The notes under the pieces are model-generated. The model saw only the letters and a program-made list of their open reading frames with translations. It was not told the DNA's origin and did not search any database. Position numbers and translations under genes: made by a program. A DNA stretch of 64,000 nucleotides from assembly GCA_028688995.1 (NCBI GenBank), contig JAQTXB010000004.1, positions 35,636 through 99,635 on the forward strand. The letters run 5' to 3'. Source of the DNA: Aliarcobacter sp. GTDB taxonomy: Bacteria > Campylobacterota > Campylobacteria > Campylobacterales > Arcobacteraceae. Positions 37,617 through 45,209 of the stretch are shown in pieces. Within the stretch, counting starts at the first letter, position 1. Every line of letters begins with the position of its first letter.

Positions 37617-37812
37617 ATTTAATCCTTTTTTAAGAAATGATACTGAATAGTACTAATAGTAAACAAAACTTTACCTTAAATAAAAATAACTTTATATTTT
37701 AAAGAACATAACTATTTATTAGTATTTTATATATTTATATTATAAGAAATAATTAAAATAAAATTTAATAAGTTATTACAAAAGTTTGTTTTTTAGGTAC
37801 TTTAGAAAAAGA

Positions 37813-38979
37813 TTAAGAATTAATATTATTTGATTTAATAAATATTTTTGACATAATAAAAATAAGTATAACTATAAATAAAAAAACACCGATTAAAGAA
37901 AAGAAATTCTGAATATCACTCATTTCATTAATAATTGGATGAAATACTACAGGTGATAAGAATTGTCCTAGAAATATGGCAGAGGTAAAATATCCTGAGC
38001 TTTTTACTCTTTTTTCATGATTTGTTTTGCTTAACATCCAAGCTGTAACATTTGTCATCATAATTCCACCTGCAAATCCCAAAATTGGACTTGTAATGAA
38101 AAAATAGTGAACATTACTTACCAATCCAATCAAAGAAAACCCAATAGCCATTAAAAATAAACCAATTAGATATATGGTTGGAAAATTGAATTTTGTTTTT
38201 AATTTTGAAAAAGTAATTGCTCCTAAGGCATTGCAAAAAAATGCAGTTGCGATTATAGTTCCTGTTAATGAACCACTTGCTTTAAATTTTTCTATTATTA
38301 AAAAAGGAATTTGTGTTGGTAAAATAAAGAATATCAACATAAACAAAAAAGCAAGAAAATAGACAAATAAAATATTTGAACTAATATGTCCAAGTGTTTC
38401 TTGTGGATTATTTTCTATTTTTACTTCTTTAAGATTAAAAAATACCATTGGAAGTAAAATTAAACCTATTAAATAAATAGCAAAAGGAAATCTCCAACTA
38501 ATATCAGATAATAATCCTCCACCCATGACAAAAAATATACCACCAACTCCCATAAAAGCACTTTGATAACCCATAAATTTATGTCTATCTTCTTCTTTGA
38601 AATAATCTCCAACAAGTGAAGTAGAAACAATCATAAGTGTTGCAACACAAATACCAAAAAACGCTCTAGAGATTAATAAACTATCTATACTATCAAGATA
38701 TAAACCTGAACTTCCAAAAAATGAGAAGAAAAATAGTGCAATAACCGCTGATTTTTTCTTTCCAAATCTAAAAATAAAATGCCCCAAAATTGGTGCAAGA
38801 AATGCAATAACCAAAGATGGAAGTGTTAACATCAATCTTGAGTAAAATTCAATATTATTTACATCTTTAAAATAATCTTTTAAATGAGGCAACATTGTAA
38901 CAATAGCTACATTTGACATACTTGTTGTCATTGAAAGTAAAAGTAGAGTAAAAATTGTAAGTTTTGATATATTATTCAT
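37813..38979 (-). CDS. MFS transporter
   Basis: About 12 hydrophobic segments; FRFGKKK motif-A-like loop; SWRFPF. Confidence 0.88.
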   Translation of the reverse strand: MNNISKLTIFTLLLLSMTTSMSNVAIVTMLPHLKDYFKDVNNIEFYSRLMLTLPSLVIAFLAPILGHFIFRFGKKKSAVIALFFFSFFGSSGLYLDSIDSLLISRAFFGICVATLMIVSTSLVGDYFKEEDRHKFMGYQSAFMGVGGIFFVMGGGLLSDISWRFPFAIYLIGLILLPMVFFNLKEVKIENNPQETLGHISSNILFVYFLAFLFMLIFFILPTQIPFLIIEKFKASGSLTGTIIATAFFCNALGAITFSKLKTKFNFPTIYLIGLFLMAIGFSLIGLVSNVHYFFITSPILGFAGGIMMTNVTAWMLSKTNHEKRVKSSGYFTSAIFLGQFLSPVVFHPIINEMSDIQNFFSLIGVFLFIVILIFIMSKIFIKSNNINS

Positions 38980-39030
38980 TTGTGTATTGTAGTTAAGCTT
39001 ATTTAAAATAAATTAAAGTAGAAGTTTAAT

Positions 39031-39663
39031 TCAAAGATTTCTTAAAATCTCTATTTGTTCATTTTGTGAGTAATTAAATCTAAACTCTGATTCTTTTAAA
39101 TAGTAAAAAAAGTTATCTTCTTCTACACCTTTGTATTTTTTGAGATTGTTTTCTAAAAAAATCCAAAACTCATTTAACTTTGTTTTGTGAGAATTTAAAG
39201 AGTGAATTTTATTCCAGTTTAAATATTGAATAAAACCATCTTCAATATCAAAAGCTCGTTTTCCAATTTTTGGCATCAGCAAGGTATATACTTTTTCATT
39301 TGAATAAAAGCCCATAATATTTATAGCTTCACTTAGAGATTTTTTCTTTTTCTTTTTTTCTCGCTCTTTTATATAATAAAACTCTTCATATTCATTGTAA
39401 TCTTTGATTGAGCTGTTGTATTCATTTTCCAAATATAGAGCAATTTTTTTTCTAAATAAATCAAATTTCTCTTTTACCGTTTTGTAGTTTAGTTCTAATT
39501 CCTTTGAAACTTCAAGGGCATTTTTATTTTCACAAAATTTAATGATGATTAAATCATCTTTTTGAAGTTTTTTTAAAGAGTACTTTTTTGCACAAGTTTT
39601 ACATTTGATGTAATCATTTGCTAAAGTATAAAAAGTAGTGTTATTACAGTTTTGACAAATCAT
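39031..39663 (-). CDS. IS1595-family transposase-derived protein (Zn ribbon + HTH, catalytic motifs degenerate)
   Basis: CQNC...CKTC; HTH-like ALEVSKELELNYKTV; C-terminal FWIFL...YKGV...FYYYLKESEFRFN; no terminal inverted repeats seen. Confidence 0.7.
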   Translation of the reverse strand: MICQNCNNTTFYTLANDYIKCKTCAKKYSLKKLQKDDLIIIKFCENKNALEVSKELELNYKTVKEKFDLFRKKIALYLENEYNSSIKDYNEYEEFYYIKEREKKKKKKSLSEAINIMGFYSNEKVYTLLMPKIGKRAFDIEDGFIQYLNWNKIHSLNSHKTKLNEFWIFLENNLKKYKGVEEDNFFYYLKESEFRFNYSQNEQIEILRNL

Positions 39664-39686
39664 GAGCTTATTCTAACATTATTTGT

Positions 39687-39713
39687 ATAATTTTTGTTCT
39701 AAAAATACCTAAG
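39687..39713 (-). promoter_or_regulatory. Asymmetric box shared with the hydA and hypB upstream regions
   Basis: 26/27 identity to 3803-3829; the 19-bp core is identical to 40925-40943. Confidence 0.65.
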
Positions 39714-39765
39714 AGATTTGAAAAATTATGATAAGTTTATAAATTACAAAATATACTACAGCAAT

Positions 39766-39779
39766 TGAACAACTATTCA
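39766..39779. promoter_or_regulatory. Palindromic operator candidate just before the Ni-transporter SD
   Basis: TGAACAACTATTCA, followed by T and SD AAGGA. Confidence 0.5.
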
Positions 39780-39790
39780 TAAGGAATAAT

Positions 39791-40432
39791 ATGGAAAACA
39801 TAGGTTTATTACTAATCTTTTGGTATGGAATTTTACATGCTTTTGGAGCTGACCATTTAACAGCGATTGCAGATTTTTCAATAGGAAAAAACAAAAAGAA
39901 AACATTACTAATAACTGCAATGTTTGCAATAGGTCATGGTATTTCACTTTTTATATTTGCAAAGTTATTAGAAACTTATCATATTTCAGATGAGATATTG
40001 GGTTATGGTGATGTTATTTCAGCTTCTGTTATTTTAGGTATGGGAATATATTTACTTTTTTTAGTTTTTACAAATAGAATAAATTTAACAAAACATATTC
40101 ACCATGGAGAGGAACATATTCATATTTACTTTGGGAAAGAGCATTCACACTCTACAAAAGATATAAGTTCAGCTTTTACAATTGGAGCACTTATGGGAAT
40201 AGGTGGAGTTAGAGGAATGTTAGTTACTTTAGGACTTGTTGAAAGTTCAAGTGTTGATTTTACTATGGTTTTAGCTTTTACTGTTGGAGTTATGATTGTT
40301 TTTATGGCATTTGGTTCATTTATTTTATATATTAATAAAAACTTATTAACATCAAAACAAAATATTAGAAGAGTATTTACAGTTGCAGGTCTGATTTCAG
40401 TTGCTGTTGGAACTAACTTTTTACTTGCATAA
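39791..40432 (+). CDS. Nickel/cobalt transporter (HoxN/NixA/NicO-like)
   Basis: GILHAFGADHL, FAIGHG, His-rich loop KHIHHGEEHIH...EHSH; multiple TM helices. Confidence 0.85.
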   Translation: MENIGLLLIFWYGILHAFGADHLTAIADFSIGKNKKKTLLITAMFAIGHGISLFIFAKLLETYHISDEILGYGDVISASVILGMGIYLLFLVFTNRINLTKHIHHGEEHIHIYFGKEHSHSTKDISSAFTIGALMGIGGVRGMLVTLGLVESSSVDFTMVLAFTVGVMIVFMAFGSFILYINKNLLTSKQNIRRVFTVAGLISVAVGTNFLLA

Positions 40433-40520
40433 ATATTTTATTAGAAAGTTGCGGAGTAATAATTGCATATAAAGGCAGTTAAGAGAGTATACTCTACAAT
40501 AAACTAATAAAAGGCATATA

Positions 40521-40913
40521 ATGAAAATAGCAATTCCAGTAAAAGATGAGAATTTAACATTCTTTAGTAATGCAGGACATACTCCAAATTTTGCAATCTA
40601 TGATTTAACAGGTTCAGGAATGTTTAGATCATTTAAATTAGACTCAGTAATTAGAAATCCAAGAACAGATATAGACCATGACCATGCTGAGGAAGACCAT
40701 GCTTGTGACCACGGACATGATGATGAAGAACATATTGCAGAACATAATAAAATGGGTGTGGCTTTAAGTGAATGTAGTTACATTGTAGTTAAAAAAGCTT
40801 GTAAAAACACAGCAAACTCATTTACTTCACAAGGTATAAAACTTGTAAAATATAATGGTGAAGCATTAGATGTAAATGCAATATTAAAAGAGACATCAGC
40901 TTCGTTTAAATAA
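40521..40913 (+). CDS. NifB/NifX-fold protein with a His/Asp-rich insertion
   Basis: MKIAIPV...NAGHTPNFAIYD N-terminus; DIDHDHAEEDHACDHGHDDEEHIAEH. Confidence 0.75.
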   Translation: MKIAIPVKDENLTFFSNAGHTPNFAIYDLTGSGMFRSFKLDSVIRNPRTDIDHDHAEEDHACDHGHDDEEHIAEHNKMGVALSECSYIVVKKACKNTANSFTSQGIKLVKYNGEALDVNAILKETSASFK

Positions 40914-40924
40914 ACAAATAAATC

Positions 40925-40943
40925 TTGTTCTAAAAATACCTAA
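40925..40943 (+). promoter_or_regulatory. 19-bp box upstream of hypB
   Basis: TTGTTCTAAAAATACCTAA, identical to 39694-39712. Confidence 0.65.
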
Positions 40944-40996
40944 CTGCAAATTAATATTATAGGACATTTAGACTTTTTGAGTTAAACTATTTAAAA

Positions 40997-41010
40997 TGAA
41001 TAATTATTCA
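40997..41010. promoter_or_regulatory. Perfect palindromic operator candidate upstream of hypB
   Basis: TGAATAATTATTCA, flanked by an outer AAACTATTT/AAATAGTTT inverted repeat. Confidence 0.6.
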
Positions 41011-41042
41011 CAAAAATAGTTTAAAACAAAAAGGAAAAAAAT

Positions 41043-41867
41043 ATGTGTAAAGATTGCGGTTGTACAATAGCAGGACAAGAACACCATCACCATCATCATC
41101 ACGATGACCATGAACATGGAATTGTTCATGACCATGACCATCCACATGACCATACAACTTGGAGCTCATCTCACCAAGCAGCTCATGAAACTTTAAATCA
41201 TAATCCCCAATTAAACGATGCAAAAACAATCTCTGTAATCAAAAAAATTCTTGATAAAAATGACCATGAAGCTTCACACAATAGAGCTCATTTTGATTCA
41301 CACAAAGTTTTAGGAATAAATCTAATGTCAAGCCCTGGAAGTGGAAAAACTACACTTTTAGAAAATATCGCTGATATGGTAAATTTCAAATTCGCAGTTG
41401 TTGAAGGTGACTTAGAAACTTCAAGGGATGCTGATAGATTAAAAGCAAAGGGAATTGAAGCTGTTCAAATCCAAACAGGAAGTGCATGTCACTTGGATGC
41501 GTTTATGGTTCATAAAGGTTTACATGATATTAACCTTGACAATATTGATGTTTGTTTTGTGGAAAATGTTGGAAATCTTGTATGTCCTGCTTCTTATGAT
41601 GTTGGAACTCACTTAAATATTGTTTTAGTTTCTGTTCCTGAAGGAGAAGATAAGATTGCTAAATATCCAGTAATGTTTAGATGTGCTGATTTAATTCTTA
41701 TTACTAAAACAGATTTACTTCCATATTTTGAATATGATATTGAAAAAGAGAAGATGGAAGCTAGAAAACTAAAACCAAATGTTGATATTTTAGAAGTAAA
41801 TGTAAAAGATAAACAATCACTTCAAAATGTAGTTGATTGGATTAATTTCAAAAGAAAGATGAGATGA
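41043..41867 (+). CDS. hypB: Hydrogenase nickel-insertion GTPase HypB with His-rich N-terminus
   Basis: MCKDCGC; poly-His; SSPGSGKTT; GSACH; ENVGNLVCP; TKTD. Confidence 0.96.
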   Translation: MCKDCGCTIAGQEHHHHHHHDDHEHGIVHDHDHPHDHTTWSSSHQAAHETLNHNPQLNDAKTISVIKKILDKNDHEASHNRAHFDSHKVLGINLMSSPGSGKTTLLENIADMVNFKFAVVEGDLETSRDADRLKAKGIEAVQIQTGSACHLDAFMVHKGLHDINLDNIDVCFVENVGNLVCPASYDVGTHLNIVLVSVPEGEDKIAKYPVMFRCADLILITKTDLLPYFEYDIEKEKMEARKLKPNVDILEVNVKDKQSLQNVVDWINFKRKMR

Positions 41868-41974
41868 TATTTGTAAAATCAATTTCATTCATTTAGGCTT
41901 CATGGTGGGTACTCAAAAATCAAAGATTTTTACCCTTCCGTTGCAGAATCATTCATAAAATTGTTTTACAAATA
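41868..41974. other. Long imperfect intergenic stem-loop between hypB and hypC
   Basis: TATTTGTAAAA(T)CAATTT pairs with AAATTGTTTTACAAATA; inner GGGTA/TACCC and AAAATC-AAA-GATTTT. Confidence 0.5.
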
Positions 41975-41997
41975 ATAGATTAAAAAGGAAAAATTGT

Positions 41998-42279
41998 ATG
42001 TGCTTATCAATACCATCAAAAATAAAAAGTATAGACCCTGAAATGAACACTTGTGTAGTTGACACAATGGGAGTTGAAAGAAGTGCTAGTTTAGATTTAA
42101 TAGACCAAGATGTAGTAGTTGGAGATTATGTTTTAATTCATATTGGATTTGCTATGAATAAGATTGATGAAGAGGATGCTTTAGAATCACTCAAAGTCTA
42201 TGCTGAAATTATAGAAAAGATGGAAGAAAATGACCGTTTAACAGCTATTGAAGAAGCTGAAAATTGTCCAAATAGATAA
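41998..42279 (+). CDS. hypC: Hydrogenase maturation chaperone HypC
   Basis: MCLSIPSK; GDYVLIHIGFA. Confidence 0.96.
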   Translation: MCLSIPSKIKSIDPEMNTCVVDTMGVERSASLDLIDQDVVVGDYVLIHIGFAMNKIDEEDALESLKVYAEIIEKMEENDRLTAIEEAENCPNR

Positions 42280-42283
42280 TATC

Positions 42284-43408
42284 ATGGAAAAAGAATTACA
42301 ACTAAAAGATTTATATGATGGTTTTAGAGATGCTAAAACTATAAAGGCGTATAAACAACTAATTGATGAAGACCTAAAAGATTATGATGGAATTATAAAT
42401 ATCATGGAAGTGTGTGGCGGACACACTCACACTATTATGAAGTATGGAATCCCACAATTAATAAATAAAAAAATAAACTTCATACATGGACCTGGTTGTC
42501 CTGTTTGTGTAATGCCAAAAGAGAGAATCGATAGTGCTTATGAGTTAAGTTTACAAGAAGATGTAATACTTGTAACTTTAGGGGATATGATAAAAGTTCC
42601 AGGAAGCAAGGGAAGTTTACAAAATGCAAGAAGCCAAGGTGCAGATGTACGATTTGTCTATTCTCCAATGGAGTGTATAAAAATAGCGAATGAAAATCCA
42701 AATAAAACAGTAGTGTATTTTGCAATAGGATTTGAAACTACAACTCCAATGACTTGTGCATTACTTGAACAAGTAATAAAACACAATATTACAAATATAC
42801 TTTTTCATATAAATCATATTACAGTTCCAGAAGTTATGCAAGTATTAGTTCAAGACGAAAACTGCAAAATCGATGCTTTTTTAGGTCCATCACATGTGAG
42901 TGTTATTAGTGGAAGTAAAATTTATGAAGAGTTTCCAAGAGATTACAATAAACCAGTTGTTGTAAGTGGATTTGAACCAGTTGATGTGATGCAATCAATC
43001 TCTATGATAGTAAAACAGTTCAAAGAAAAAAGAGCTGATTTAGAAGTAGAGTACAAACGACTTGTTTCATACGAGGGAAATCTAAAAGCCCAAGATTTAA
43101 TAAATAAATACTTCAAAAAAGTTCCTTTTAAATTTAGAGGAATAGGAACAGTTGAAAATAGTGGATATGAACTTAAAGATGAATTTGATAAATACAATGC
43201 AAAAATAGTATATAAAGAGATACTGCCTACAAAAGAGGTAAAAGACAACAAAGCCTGTAGATGTCCAGATATTTTAAAAGGAGTAGCTAAACCCCATGAC
43301 TGCAAAATCTTTGGAACACTATGTACTCCAACAAACCCCATTGGTGCTTGTATGGTAAGTAGCGAGGGTGCATGTAGTGCTTATTATAAATATGGGAATT
43401 TGTTATAA
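42284..43408 (+). CDS. hypD: Hydrogenase maturation protein HypD
   Basis: MEVCGGHTH; GPGCPVC; GFETT; CMVSSEGAC. Confidence 0.97.
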   Translation: MEKELQLKDLYDGFRDAKTIKAYKQLIDEDLKDYDGIINIMEVCGGHTHTIMKYGIPQLINKKINFIHGPGCPVCVMPKERIDSAYELSLQEDVILVTLGDMIKVPGSKGSLQNARSQGADVRFVYSPMECIKIANENPNKTVVYFAIGFETTTPMTCALLEQVIKHNITNILFHINHITVPEVMQVLVQDENCKIDAFLGPSHVSVISGSKIYEEFPRDYNKPVVVSGFEPVDVMQSISMIVKQFKEKRADLEVEYKRLVSYEGNLKAQDLINKYFKKVPFKFRGIGTVENSGYELKDEFDKYNAKIVYKEILPTKEVKDNKACRCPDILKGVAKPHDCKIFGTLCTPTNPIGACMVSSEGACSAYYKYGNLL

Positions 43409-43417
43409 AGAGATAAC

Positions 43418-43774
43418 ATGGATATAGAACAAATAAAACAACGAATCCAAAAATTCTCAGATGATAGAAATTGGGAAAGTTTTCACAATCCTAAAAATCT
43501 AGTTATGGCATTAACAGGTGAAGTAGGAGAACTAAATGAAATATTTCAATGGCTAAATTTTGAAGAGTCTTTAAATCTACCTGATGATGTATTAGAGCAT
43601 ACAAAAGAAGAAGTTGCAGATGTGGCTATTTATCTTCTTAGACTTTGTATGAAGCTAGATATAAACCTTGAAGATGCCATTATGAATAAAATGACAAAAA
43701 ATGAAAAAAAATATCCAGTTGAAACATCTCAAGGTGGAAGTAAAAAATATTCTAAGAGTAGGGAAGATAAATAA
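43418..43774 (+). CDS. MazG-like nucleotide pyrophosphohydrolase
   Basis: HNPKNLVMALTGEVGELNEIFQW; EEVADVAIYLLRL. Confidence 0.9.
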   Translation: MDIEQIKQRIQKFSDDRNWESFHNPKNLVMALTGEVGELNEIFQWLNFEESLNLPDDVLEHTKEEVADVAIYLLRLCMKLDINLEDAIMNKMTKNEKKYPVETSQGGSKKYSKSREDK

Positions 43775-44773
43775 ATGACAAAAACAATAACACTAGCCCA
43801 TGGAAATGGTGGAGCTGAAAACAATGAGCTTATAAACAAAGTATTTTATAATGCTTTTAAAAATGAGATTTTAGAAAAAAGTGAAGATGCAGCAGTTATT
43901 CAAAATGGGGAATTAGCTTTTAGTACAGATTCATTTACCGTTAGTCCTTTGTTTTTTAGTGGAGCAGATATTGGAAAATTAGCCATTTGTGGAACTTGTA
44001 ATGACTTAGCCATGATGGGAGCGAAACCTAAGTATCTTACTTGCTCAGTTATCATTGAAGAGGGTTTTGAAGTAGAACAACTTGAAAGAATTGTAGCTTC
44101 TATGAAAAAAGAGCTTGAAGTAAATGAAGCTATTGTTGTAAGTGGAGATACAAAGGTAGTTCCCAAAGGTGCAGTTGATAAAATCTTCATAAATACTACT
44201 GGAATTGGCGAGATTTTATACAAAGGCATTAGCTCAAACAATATAACTACAGAAGATGTAATTCTAGTAAATAGAGACATTGGAGCTCATGGTGCTACTA
44301 TTTTTGCTGCACGTGAGGGAATGGATATGAATTCAGAGCTTAAAAGCGATTGTAACTCTTTATATCCACAAGTAAAAGCGTTAATTGATGCAGGTATTAA
44401 AATAACAGCTTTAAGAGATGCTACAAGAGGTGGAGTGAGTGCTGTTTTAAACGAATGGGCAAAACAATCAAATATTTGTATAGAAGTAGAAGAAGAAAAA
44501 ATTCCAGTATGTGATGAGGTAAAAGGAATTTGTGAGATGTTAGGTTTTGAAGCAACAAATCTTGCAAATGAGGGAACTTTTGTTCTTGCAATTCCTAAAG
44601 AGGATGCTTTAAAAGCTATTGAAGTTTTACAAACATTTCCAGAAGCTTCAAAGGCTTGTATTATTGCAAAGGTTACTCAACAATATTCTCAAAAAGTGAT
44701 ACTAAATAGTTCATGGGGAACAAAAAGATTTTTAGATACACCAACTGGTGAACTTCTTCCAAGGATTTGTTAA
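43775..44773 (+). CDS. hypE: Hydrogenase maturation protein HypE
   Basis: LAHGNGG; TDSF; NDLAMMGA; RDATRGG; C-terminal LPRIC. Confidence 0.97.
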   Translation: MTKTITLAHGNGGAENNELINKVFYNAFKNEILEKSEDAAVIQNGELAFSTDSFTVSPLFFSGADIGKLAICGTCNDLAMMGAKPKYLTCSVIIEEGFEVEQLERIVASMKKELEVNEAIVVSGDTKVVPKGAVDKIFINTTGIGEILYKGISSNNITTEDVILVNRDIGAHGATIFAAREGMDMNSELKSDCNSLYPQVKALIDAGIKITALRDATRGGVSAVLNEWAKQSNICIEVEEEKIPVCDEVKGICEMLGFEATNLANEGTFVLAIPKEDALKAIEVLQTFPEASKACIIAKVTQQYSQKVILNSSWGTKRFLDTPTGELLPRIC

Positions 44774-45114
44774 TGCACGAATATTCAATAGTTCAATCTT
44801 TATTAGAAAGTTGTGAAGAACACGCTCGAACAAATGATGCAAAAAAAGTTACAAAAGTAGTAGTAAAAATTGGAGTTTTAAGTGGAGTAGAACCCGATTT
44901 ACTTCAAACTGCTTTTGATACTTTTAAAGAACAAACAGTCTGCCATGATGCAGTTTTCTTGATAAATCATCAAAAAGTGGTCATTGAATGTTTTGATTGT
45001 AACACTATTTCAACATTAGAAAAAAATGAATTTTGCTGTCCAAAATGTCAAAGTGTAAATATAAAAGTAACAGATGGTGAAGATATGTATTTAATGAGTT
45101 TAGAGTTGGAATAA
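44773..45114 (+). CDS. hypA: Hydrogenase nickel chaperone HypA
   Basis: MHEYSI; CFDC and CPKC Zn site. Confidence 0.96.
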   Translation: MHEYSIVQSLLESCEEHARTNDAKKVTKVVVKIGVLSGVEPDLLQTAFDTFKEQTVCHDAVFLINHQKVVIECFDCNTISTLEKNEFCCPKCQSVNIKVTDGEDMYLMSLELE

Positions 45115-45209
45115 AAGTTATTTATTAAAAAATAGACATAGAAGTATTCATTTTCACACAAAGTTATGATATTATATTTCCGTTAAGAGCTATATTTAAA
45201 GGCTTTAAA

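Noticed and set aside
38990-39680. Intact IS1595 element with ends
   Set aside because: No terminal inverted repeats were found; the 8-bp AGCTTATT on both sides abuts the ATG and overlaps the promoter, so chance in AT-rich DNA is more likely than a target duplication
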